Of a stretch of DNA of 38,162 nucleotides, positions 26,966-35,510 are shown piece by piece. Where the stretch lies: the IMG/VR virus record IMGVR_UViG_3300039180_001510, positions 1-38,162 of that record. One strand, given 5' to 3'. The position numbers and the translations under genes were made by a program. The stretch comes from a virus. Lineage: Duplodnaviria > Caudoviricetes. The notes below the pieces were generated by a model that was given only the letters and a program-made list of their open reading frames with translations, did no database searches and had not been told where the DNA came from. Numbering within the stretch: position 1 is the stretch's first letter; every line of letters begins with the position of its first letter.

Positions 26966-29900
26966 ATGGGACAATTAGTAGGAGAAGCTTTTGACGATTT
27001 TGTAAAAAACCAAATAACTATCCGCCAACAAACTGCTGGTAGTGGTTTTGATGGTAGTAGGACACCTGAGCAACTCCAGATCCAAAATAACCAAAATTCT
27101 TTTTTAAAATTAGGTTCATCAGTTAGATTCCTAACTACCCCTGAAATTGTAGCAGAACTTAAACTTACCGCCCCAAATCTTACAGAAGAAGAATATAAAA
27201 ATAGTGACAGAAGAAATGGTGCCGATAGAATAGAAGCTATAGGATTAACAAACCCTGAGAATTTTATGGGGAATAAGTTAGCGAAAAAAACAGTATTGTT
27301 TAACTCAACCTCTGAAGTAATATCTTCTGTAAAAGACAGAGAAGGAAAAGGCACACACGGGACTTACAACTTTAGATCAGGAGTAAGCCAAACAGGTGAC
27401 ATATGGAATAATTCAAATGCATACGGTTTAGGAGGAAGTCAACAAGGTTTAACTCCACCCCCAGGTCTAATAGATGCTAAAGTAGAAGCCTTAAACAGGG
27501 GTTCAATTAGAAAAGCTACAGTTAATATTAAGGCACACAACAAATTTCAATTTGAATTAATCGAGTTACTGTACTTACGACTAGGGTATACCATGTTGTT
27601 AGAATGGGGTAATGATAAGTTCATTAACAATGAAGGAAACCTCCAACAAATGGGTAATACCTTAATGGAAGATATTTGGTTTCAAGATTTTAAAACTTAC
27701 AATTTTACTAAATTAATTAAGGATGTAGGTAAGTATAGAGAGACATATAGTGGTAATTATGATGGGTTTATAGGTAAGGTATCTAATTTTTCTTGGGATT
27801 TTGATCGAGATGGTACTTATAATATCACCCTAAACTTGATATCAGTAGGGGATGTAATAGAATCAATAAAAGTTAACAATCCTGCAGATATTAAAACAGA
27901 AAAGGAAATAGAGGAAATTCTAAATGGGTACAATACAGGAATTAGTGGTCTAGAAACTACATTAACTAAATCTTCCCTTGTTACAAATGCAGGTACCTCT
28001 CCCCTGGCATATGATTTATTTACCGATATTGTAGATAGTAAAGGAAGTTTAAAATGGTGGGGATACAAATACCCTTACTTAAACTTGTATTGGAGTTTAA
28101 ACCTCCCTGAAGAAAAAGCAGGTGGGGATATGTTAGCCCAAATAAAATCATTAAATGATGGTGAGGGAGTAGATATTGACCGATTTGGTTATTATTTAAC
28201 ACTAGGAGAATTATTACAAAAGATAAAAACATTTTGTATTCCTAAATTGTCAAATGGTTATATGTTAGACATAGATACAAATGTAGATGAGACTATAATG
28301 TCTGCCTATCCTAACCAAATATCTTTAAACCCCAAAATTGCTCTAGTAAAACCAAAATTTCTGGATGATCTTTCCTTAAACAATTATAATGAATTTTCTG
28401 CTAACAAAACTGGTATAAAATCATATTGGGACTTTGCTAAGAGAATGAATGATTGGATGGTAACTGAAAATGATGGAAGTATAATATATGGAAAAACTCT
28501 AAATGTTTACTTAAATTATGACTTTATATCTAATGCTTTAGACAAAGTAACTAAAAAGGGGGAAATATACTTATTTAAATTTCTACAAGAAATATGTGAT
28601 GGTATTAACAGTGCACTAGGTGGGGTACCAAATTTAGAACCTATTATAAGCGATGATAACGTTATAACCATTCAAGACCAAAATAGAATTAGAGGGATTG
28701 AAAATAGTTCTTTTAAAAGTAAATTTGACACTACTTCAAGTTTTGAGCTTTATGGTTATAATCTTAAAGGTAGAGGCGAAGGAAATAAACTAATACCTAC
28801 CTCTAATATTGTTAGAGAGTTTGGATTTAAAACAAAGATAGGACCAGACTTAGCATCTATGATATCTATTGGGGCTACAGCTAATGGAACTTCAACTAAA
28901 AACTATGATGCAACCGCTTTTTCAAGTTGGAATACTGGGTTAAGGGACCAATATCAATACGGTCTTAAAGATCCCCCACAAATGAACAAGGATAAAATAA
29001 CCAATTTAGATAATATTTACGCTCCTCTTACCTTAAAACAAGTTAATGAGTTGTATGTCCACTTTACTACAAAGGGAGTATTAGATAAGAGGAGCTTTTT
29101 AGGGATTTTCGCGAGAGCCTCTAATGACACTGTATCTACAATATTTGGAAAGTCTTCAACAGGTAAAAGAGATGTAGATGACTCACCAGTTACTAATAAA
29201 AACTATAATAATGTTTTTTGGGCTAAATATATAGAGGAAGTAATAGAAGATGTAGAAAATAACAATACTCCCCCTGAACCTGAAGAATTACAAAAATTCG
29301 CAGATGGTTACATCAGATACCTAATTCAAGGTTTTAGAGGAAAAATACAAGGACAAACAGAACTTAAAGGTTATTATTTTCATTTAAATGACGAATACAT
29401 AAAACAAGGAAAACAATCCTTTAAAGGGTATGTTAATATTCTTGATAATGCTTTATACGCGGCTACAGGAACACCCTCTACTAAAATAGGATTTATACCT
29501 TTAAACTTAGATTTAACTTGTGATGGGATTTCTGGAGTAAAAATGTATCAAAAACTAAATATTAGACAAGAATTTTTACCACAACAATATCCGGATGCTT
29601 TAGAATTTTTAATATCTAAAGTCAACCATACTATTTCAAATAATGATTGGACTACCTCCTTAACTACAATATCTACTCCTAAAACAAAAGAACAAAATAT
29701 AGGGGCATTTATTAATACTGAAATTAGTAAAATCACAAAACAAGCATCAGATAATTATGTAGTATATAAAGGAGATGCCCCTCAAGTAACACTTACCACA
29801 GGGTATAGTGTAGTAAATGATAAAACAAAATCCGGCCTAATTTACTACCCAACAGGTTCAGGTAAAAACCAAATAGTATTACACCATACTGCTGGAAGTA

Positions 29901-30511
29901 GTGATGCTAAACAGGAAATTGGCACAAACTGGACTAGTAAAACATATCCAATAGCAACCCATTACATTATAGAAAGAAAAGGACATTCAGAGCATGTTTT
30001 TCCTGATGTATATTGGTCTAACCATTTAGGTATAAGTAGAAAAAGTGGTAATCCTTATAGCCATAACAATTTTCAATTAAACAAACAGTCTTTATCTATT
30101 GAGTTAGAATCATTAGGATTTTTAACGGAAAGAGATGGTAAGTGGTATAGTTATGTTGGTTCTGAAATTCCCCTTAGTGATACTAGTGAACCTTATATGT
30201 TAGACGATAATAATAATGTTGTAAAGATGCCAGGGGGATATAAAGGATATGAAAGGTACCAGTCATATACACCTGCGATGTTATCTGAATTAGAAAAAGT
30301 TCTAGTAAATTGGAAATCTACCTATAACATTTCAATTTATTTAAATAATAAAAACTTTGATGATGTTTTCCCTAAAGAAGGTAAATATTCTAAATCTGCA
30401 AGTACTTTCGTTGGTGGTATTTATACCCACAACTCATACAGACCAGATAAAGCAGATGTTTTCCCACAAAAGGAATTATTAGAATTATTAATGAAAATAG
30501 GAAACTTATAG
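26966..30511 (+). CDS. Baseplate hub protein with C-terminal N-acetylmuramoyl-L-alanine amidase domain
   Basis: Hub-like N-terminal region (LEWG, FIGKVSNFSW, VNHTISNNDWTT); Amidase_2 motifs IVLHHTAG, HYII, SIELE and THNSYRPDKAD. Confidence 0.75.
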   Translation: MGQLVGEAFDDFVKNQITIRQQTAGSGFDGSRTPEQLQIQNNQNSFLKLGSSVRFLTTPEIVAELKLTAPNLTEEEYKNSDRRNGADRIEAIGLTNPENFMGNKLAKKTVLFNSTSEVISSVKDREGKGTHGTYNFRSGVSQTGDIWNNSNAYGLGGSQQGLTPPPGLIDAKVEALNRGSIRKATVNIKAHNKFQFELIELLYLRLGYTMLLEWGNDKFINNEGNLQQMGNTLMEDIWFQDFKTYNFTKLIKDVGKYRETYSGNYDGFIGKVSNFSWDFDRDGTYNITLNLISVGDVIESIKVNNPADIKTEKEIEEILNGYNTGISGLETTLTKSSLVTNAGTSPLAYDLFTDIVDSKGSLKWWGYKYPYLNLYWSLNLPEEKAGGDMLAQIKSLNDGEGVDIDRFGYYLTLGELLQKIKTFCIPKLSNGYMLDIDTNVDETIMSAYPNQISLNPKIALVKPKFLDDLSLNNYNEFSANKTGIKSYWDFAKRMNDWMVTENDGSIIYGKTLNVYLNYDFISNALDKVTKKGEIYLFKFLQEICDGINSALGGVPNLEPIISDDNVITIQDQNRIRGIENSSFKSKFDTTSSFELYGYNLKGRGEGNKLIPTSNIVREFGFKTKIGPDLASMISIGATANGTSTKNYDATAFSSWNTGLRDQYQYGLKDPPQMNKDKITNLDNIYAPLTLKQVNELYVHFTTKGVLDKRSFLGIFARASNDTVSTIFGKSSTGKRDVDDSPVTNKNYNNVFWAKYIEEVIEDVENNNTPPEPEELQKFADGYIRYLIQGFRGKIQGQTELKGYYFHLNDEYIKQGKQSFKGYVNILDNALYAATGTPSTKIGFIPLNLDLTCDGISGVKMYQKLNIRQEFLPQQYPDALEFLISKVNHTISNNDWTTSLTTISTPKTKEQNIGAFINTEISKITKQASDNYVVYKGDAPQVTLTTGYSVVNDKTKSGLIYYPTGSGKNQIVLHHTAGSSDAKQEIGTNWTSKTYPIATHYIIERKGHSEHVFPDVYWSNHLGISRKSGNPYSHNNFQLNKQSLSIELESLGFLTERDGKWYSYVGSEIPLSDTSEPYMLDDNNNVVKMPGGYKGYERYQSYTPAMLSELEKVLVNWKSTYNISIYLNNKNFDDVFPKEGKYSKSASTFVGGIYTHNSYRPDKADVFPQKELLELLMKIGNL

Positions 30512-31396
30512 ATGTACTATCCACTATCACAATTAACAACAAACTTATCCACTTCTAATGAAGAATTTATCTTATTAGACACTGGGGAGGCTTATACTGG
30601 AAATTACTATTCTACATCTGACGGTAATTACTTTACGGGTAATACCCCACAAGATGGTCCTAATTTAATGTTAGTTCAAGATGTAGCTAACAACGCACAA
30701 AAGGACGTAGAAGCAGGTCTTGAAGGTTCATTTACAACTACTAACCTTGATTTAATCCCAAACACAACAATAAACCTACTCCCTCCAACATACCAATCAG
30801 CAATGTCTGTCCCGGTAAATAATGCACCTCCTCCAATTTCAAGTATTCAATTCCCAACAGAAGAAGAATATAATACAGGGGAATTTGTAAGGTATTTCCT
30901 AAAAAAATCTAATACCTCCCAATATATGGAGGTAAATAACCAAACCTATACTAACTATAGTAATACAAACCCAAACACACAGCACCAACTATATACACCA
31001 ATTAAAATAAATTGGGACCTTACAGGCGACCCAATTGATACTTACATTGTAAATAGAAATATAGTTTTATTAAACCAAAAATCACAAAACTTACTTGGTT
31101 TTGAATTTTCATTTAGGGGTAAATTTGTAAAATACTATAAACCAACCACTCAAAACTTCTTTAATACTAGTGGTGGAGAATTAAAAGTAGAAATTGATAG
31201 TGAAAACTACTCGGGTTTCTACCATGTTAATTCAAATCGTGGTGTACTAATGGAGGGTAAATTTCATAAACCAACATTTCATAGAGTACTAGTACCCTTT
31301 AAGACGGATGAGATAAAACAAGATGTTAAAGTAAAGATTAACAACGAGGTAGGAACATCAATAAGAAAAAACATCCAAAGAAAGAGTGGCTATTAG
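30512..31396 (+). CDS. Hypothetical protein (probably baseplate-associated)
   Basis: 294-aa ORF abutting hub gene; YTGNYY and YSGFYH segments. Confidence 0.65.
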   Translation: MYYPLSQLTTNLSTSNEEFILLDTGEAYTGNYYSTSDGNYFTGNTPQDGPNLMLVQDVANNAQKDVEAGLEGSFTTTNLDLIPNTTINLLPPTYQSAMSVPVNNAPPPISSIQFPTEEEYNTGEFVRYFLKKSNTSQYMEVNNQTYTNYSNTNPNTQHQLYTPIKINWDLTGDPIDTYIVNRNIVLLNQKSQNLLGFEFSFRGKFVKYYKPTTQNFFNTSGGELKVEIDSENYSGFYHVNSNRGVLMEGKFHKPTFHRVLVPFKTDEIKQDVKVKINNEVGTSIRKNIQRKSGY

Positions 31397-31416
31397 ATAA
31401 ATCTGTCGTATATTTA
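31385..31416 (+). promoter_or_regulatory. Putative early/middle promoter (AGTGG-N16-TCGTATATTTA)
   Basis: Matches motif and spacing at 980 and 33522; marks switch from structural to replication genes. Confidence 0.7.
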
Positions 31417-31432
31417 GGTAAAATAAAGGTAT

Positions 31433-32710
31433 ATGTATTGGCTTATAGAAGATAAAGAACAGTTAGATGTTCTAATTAATAGTAGTTATAAGGAGGCTTT
31501 CATCGAAGTAATCCCTTATAATGATACAATACACCCATCACAAACATATGTAAGTTTAGTGTATATTAGACCACTTGAAGCAACTAAAGGTTTTATGGTA
31601 GGTATACATCATAGTGAAGTCACTAATGAGTTAATCACGTATAAGACAAGCGTTGAAAAGTTGATAAACAAGTTTGAAAAATTGTATTGTCGAGATAAAA
31701 AAGAAACATTACATTATTTTCCAAACAAAACTCTTTATGACATAACACCACCACCTCATACGTATATACGTCCCACAACCAAAGTACACGAAATATTCTA
31801 TAGTAAACACACGGATAACCATGAGTTAAACCTAATTATCCCTATTGTTAAACACTATGAATTATGCGAACACATTTTTGAAGATCTAAAAGCGAATATT
31901 AACAGAACTAAAACTAAATATGATGAATTCTTTAACAATAAAGTATCCATGGTTTTCAACTACCTCGAACGAAGTGGAATACGAGTACACAAGGAAACCT
32001 TCGAGGAACACTTCCACCCCATTGATGGTGAACGAGTTTACACTCAATACAACCTTAGGACAACCACAACACGCCCTTCAAACAAATTTAAAAACGTAAA
32101 TTATGCAGCATTATCACATAAGAATGGGTGTAGAAAAAGTTTTATCCCAAGCAATGATAGGTTTATTGACATTGATATTAGTGCTTATCATCCTAGTCTG
32201 TCTTGTATGCTCATTAATTATGATTTCCCCTCTATTGATATCCATAGCCATCTACAAGAGTTATATCAAGTTGACTACGCAAAGTCTAAGGAATTAACAT
32301 TTAAACAACTATACGGAGGAGTATTCAAAGAATACGAACACCTAGAATTTTTTAGTAAAATTAATATATACGTAAAAGAACTCTGGGAAGACTTTGAAAG
32401 AGAGGGTAAAATTACTTGTCCAATTTCTAACTATGTGTATAAAAAAGAGAACCTGGATAAAATGAACCCACAAAAACTCTTTAATTACTTGCTACAAAAT
32501 TTGGAGACGTCAATGAACGTTCGTATATTATGGGATATGATATCAGTACTAAAAGGTAAAAAAACAAAATTAGTACTATACACATATGATAGTTTCTTAT
32601 TGGATGCTGATGATAGTGAACAATATTTAATAGAAGATGTAAAAAAAATATTTACTAAATATAAATTAAACACAAAAACAAAAGAAGGTTATGACTATGA
32701 TTTTAAATAA
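31433..32710 (+). CDS. Divergent, short family-A polymerase-like protein
   Basis: PolA motifs TTTTRPSN, motif A DISAYHP, DIH, motif B KELTFKQLYG, NYLLQ, motif C YTYDSF; no recognisable proofreading motif. Confidence 0.8.
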   Translation: MYWLIEDKEQLDVLINSSYKEAFIEVIPYNDTIHPSQTYVSLVYIRPLEATKGFMVGIHHSEVTNELITYKTSVEKLINKFEKLYCRDKKETLHYFPNKTLYDITPPPHTYIRPTTKVHEIFYSKHTDNHELNLIIPIVKHYELCEHIFEDLKANINRTKTKYDEFFNNKVSMVFNYLERSGIRVHKETFEEHFHPIDGERVYTQYNLRTTTTRPSNKFKNVNYAALSHKNGCRKSFIPSNDRFIDIDISAYHPSLSCMLINYDFPSIDIHSHLQELYQVDYAKSKELTFKQLYGGVFKEYEHLEFFSKINIYVKELWEDFEREGKITCPISNYVYKKENLDKMNPQKLFNYLLQNLETSMNVRILWDMISVLKGKKTKLVLYTYDSFLLDADDSEQYLIEDVKKIFTKYKLNTKTKEGYDYDFK

Positions 32711-33158
32711 TTCTCCGAATACGTATAACACGAACTATGATGTTATAACGTCATTCCAAAACATAGGAGATTTGAACAATAAGTTATTTTGTACCTTCAC
32801 AAATTTAGAGAATTTAGATTCTTTATTAGAAGAGATTACAAGCAGATACACCATTATATACAATAAAATGTTTGTCCTCGAGATCGTGGGCAAAGATGAA
32901 TACGTTGTAACTTATAATGTAGACCAAGGAAATGTACAAACAATCCCAGAAAATACTATTTTAGTACATAGGAAGAAAGAATCTAATACTTTATACACAA
33001 TAAACGCCCTTAATGAGTTAATTAAGAAGTTAAATGGTGGTGTAGTAGATACTAAATTCCAAATAGACTGGCAACATTATAGAAATAGTGTTTTACTTAC
33101 ACAACATAATGATTTAAGTCAATTAAAGACTAAAATTTATAAAATAATAGACATATAA
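32691..33158 (+). CDS. Hypothetical protein (true start may be TTG at 32772)
   Basis: NNKLFCTF...LVHRKKESNTLYTINALN; promoter-like motif within first 27 codons suggests later start. Confidence 0.7.
   Translation: MTMILNNSPNTYNTNYDVITSFQNIGDLNNKLFCTFTNLENLDSLLEEITSRYTIIYNKMFVLEIVGKDEYVVTYNVDQGNVQTIPENTILVHRKKESNTLYTINALNELIKKLNGGVVDTKFQIDWQHYRNSVLLTQHNDLSQLKTKIYKIIDI
32719..32728 (+). promoter_or_regulatory. Putative late promoter variant ATACGTATAA
   Basis: Same variant as 11063 and 14025, just after polymerase-like stop. Confidence 0.5.
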
Positions 33159-33493
33159 TGGAAGAATTAAACACTTTTAGAAAATATTTAAAGGAAGGAT
33201 ACAGTCAATCCGACTTTGATAAATTAGAGGATGCATTATATCATGGTGATATACCAGGACAATTAATCTTACAAGGAGATGGAGCATTAGATTTATTATT
33301 AGGCCGTGACTATCCAGATTCATTAGCTGATAAAGCAGATGGTTTTGCTAGAAAATTAGGGATTAATATGGGAATAATGGCTCAAGGTTCATTTAGAGTT
33401 CCAAATTTAGATTCATCAATGATTAATGGTGGTCCTGAAGAATGGGATGGAGATGAAGATGATGATGAAGACGATGAAGATTACGAGTATTAA
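33158..33493 (+). CDS. Hypothetical protein with acidic tail; possible internal head protein
   Basis: Leader MEELNTFRKYLKE ends in L-X-E; C-terminal Asp/Glu run. Confidence 0.6.
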   Translation: MEELNTFRKYLKEGYSQSDFDKLEDALYHGDIPGQLILQGDGALDLLLGRDYPDSLADKADGFARKLGINMGIMAQGSFRVPNLDSSMINGGPEEWDGDEDDDEDDEDYEY

Positions 33494-33521
33494 AAAGTAA
33501 ATTAAAGTATATTAAAATAAA

Positions 33522-33553
33522 TTAGGAGTCCCGGAAGGGGCTTCGTATATTTA
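33522..33553 (+). promoter_or_regulatory. Putative early/middle promoter (TTAGG-N16-TCGTATATTTA) overlapping a hairpin
   Basis: Motif as at 980 and 31385; GGAGTCCC-GGAA-GGGGCTTC stem-loop spans the spacer. Confidence 0.7.
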
Positions 33554-33593
33554 CGTTACATATAAACAGTTATAATTAAAATAAAGTTATCTT

Positions 33594-34424
33594 ATGGATT
33601 TAAATGCGATTAAACAAAAATTGGATGGGTTACAATCAAAACAAGCCCAAGGACCGAAGAAAGACTACAGTCTAATATTTTGGAGACCAACAATTGGTAA
33701 ACAACAAATTAGAATTGTACCATCAGCGTTCAACACTAGCAACCCTTTTACGGAATTGAAGTTCTACTACGGTATTACTAATAAAGTGATGCTTTCACCC
33801 CAAAATTATGGAGAGAAAGATCCTATTGCTTTATTTGCAGGTAAACTTAGAGAGGAGTACAACAAAGAAAATTACTTATTAGCTAAAAGTTTAGATGCTA
33901 AGAACCGTATTTTTGTTCCTGTAGTAGTTAGAGGAGAAGAAGAAAAAGGTGTTAGACTATGGCAATTTGGTAAACAAGTATATGAAGAATTACTTTCACT
34001 TGCTATTGATGATGAAATTGGTGATTATACTGATGTAGCATCAGGTAGAGATCTTACTATTGAAACGGTAGGACCAGAATCTACAGGTACTCCTTATAAC
34101 AAGTCATCAGTACGTGTTAGATTAAAATCAACACCAATTAGTGAAGATACTGCTCAAGTAGAGTTATGGTCAGGGACACAACCAAACCCTATGGATGAAT
34201 TTAAAAGATTTACATTCGATGAAATGAAATCAGCATTAGAAAAGTGGTTATCACCTGAATCAGATGCAACTACTGAAAATGCATTTCCAACACCCGCAGC
34301 AGCCGCACCAAAAACTAATAATTTTAGTTTAGACACTAGTAATGTAAAAAAAACTAAGAATGACCAATTCGACACCTTATTTGGTGATGAAAAAGATGGT
34401 GAATCAGATGACCTTCCTTTCTAA
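33594..34424 (+). CDS. Single-stranded DNA-binding protein (T4 gp32-like)
   Basis: FWRP..GKQQIRIVP, VRLWQFGKQVY, GRDL and acidic C-terminus ending DDLPF. Confidence 0.82.
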   Translation: MDLNAIKQKLDGLQSKQAQGPKKDYSLIFWRPTIGKQQIRIVPSAFNTSNPFTELKFYYGITNKVMLSPQNYGEKDPIALFAGKLREEYNKENYLLAKSLDAKNRIFVPVVVRGEEEKGVRLWQFGKQVYEELLSLAIDDEIGDYTDVASGRDLTIETVGPESTGTPYNKSSVRVRLKSTPISEDTAQVELWSGTQPNPMDEFKRFTFDEMKSALEKWLSPESDATTENAFPTPAAAAPKTNNFSLDTSNVKKTKNDQFDTLFGDEKDGESDDLPF

Positions 34425-34426
34425 AT

Positions 34427-35500
34427 ATGGCTAAAAAAATAAAGAAGTCTCTCTCGGCGGCAGTGTCTGCCGAGATTAAGAGCAAATTTGACTTAAATAA
34501 GTTCAAAAACGCTAAAGGTTTAGATAAAAACGTCAAATTTAAGGAACAACAATGGATTCCATTATCACCAGCATTTACTGAAGTATCAGGAGTACCGGGT
34601 ATCCCAATGGGTCATATCTCATTACTTAGAGGACATTCAGATACTGGTAAAACCACCGCTTTATTAGAAGCAGCAGTCTCAGCACAAAAAATGGGTATAT
34701 TACCTGTTTTTATTATTACAGAGATGAAATGGAATTGGGAACACGCATCTCAAATGGGCTTACAAGTTAATCTAATTAAAGATGAAGAGGGTGAAGTAGT
34801 AGATTACGATGGTAATTTTATTTACGTAGATAGAGAAACAGTACATACTATTGAAGATGTAGCTGCCTTTATTATGGATTTACAAAATGAACAGAAAAAT
34901 GGTAACTTACCATATGACTTAGCTTTCTTTTGGGATTCAATTGGTTCTATTCCTTGTGCAATGTCAGTTGAGAAATTGAAAAATAACAATGAATGGAATG
35001 CAGGAGCAATGTCAACACAATTTGGTAATACTGTAAATCAAAGTATTGTAATGTCTCGTAAAGAATCAGCACCATACACTAATACATTAATTGCTATTAA
35101 CAAAGTTTGGACGGCTAAAGCTGAATCACCTATGGGCCAACCAAAGATGATGAACAAAGGTGGAATGGCTATGTGGTACGATGCAACGTTTGTAGCTACG
35201 TTTGGTAATGTTTCAAATGCTGGTACATCTAAAATTAAAGCAATTAAAGGTGGTAAGCAAGTAGAATGGGGGAAACGTACCAACTTGCAAATTGATAAGA
35301 ACCATGTTAATGGTATTCAATCAAGAGGTAAAATTGTTATGACAAACCACGGGTTTATTCAAGATACAGATAAGGATAAAAACAACTATAAAAAAGATCA
35401 TTCTGACGAATGGGCTAAAATATTAGGTGGTGGGAAATTCGAAATTGTAGAAGACCAAGAAGACGTATCACCAGTACTCTTCGATTCACAAGATTTATAA
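34427..35500 (+). CDS. recA: RecA/UvsX-like recombinase
   Basis: GIPMGHI, Walker A GHSDTGKTT, Walker B FFWDSIGS, INK and KGG motifs. Confidence 0.88.
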   Translation: MAKKIKKSLSAAVSAEIKSKFDLNKFKNAKGLDKNVKFKEQQWIPLSPAFTEVSGVPGIPMGHISLLRGHSDTGKTTALLEAAVSAQKMGILPVFIITEMKWNWEHASQMGLQVNLIKDEEGEVVDYDGNFIYVDRETVHTIEDVAAFIMDLQNEQKNGNLPYDLAFFWDSIGSIPCAMSVEKLKNNNEWNAGAMSTQFGNTVNQSIVMSRKESAPYTNTLIAINKVWTAKAESPMGQPKMMNKGGMAMWYDATFVATFGNVSNAGTSKIKAIKGGKQVEWGKRTNLQIDKNHVNGIQSRGKIVMTNHGFIQDTDKDKNNYKKDHSDEWAKILGGGKFEIVEDQEDVSPVLFDSQDL

Positions 35501-35510
35501 AAACAAGAAC

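Noticed and set aside
31433-32710. Polymerase pseudogene
   Set aside because: Uninterrupted ORF with its own promoter, both catalytic aspartates and all motifs in the correct order.
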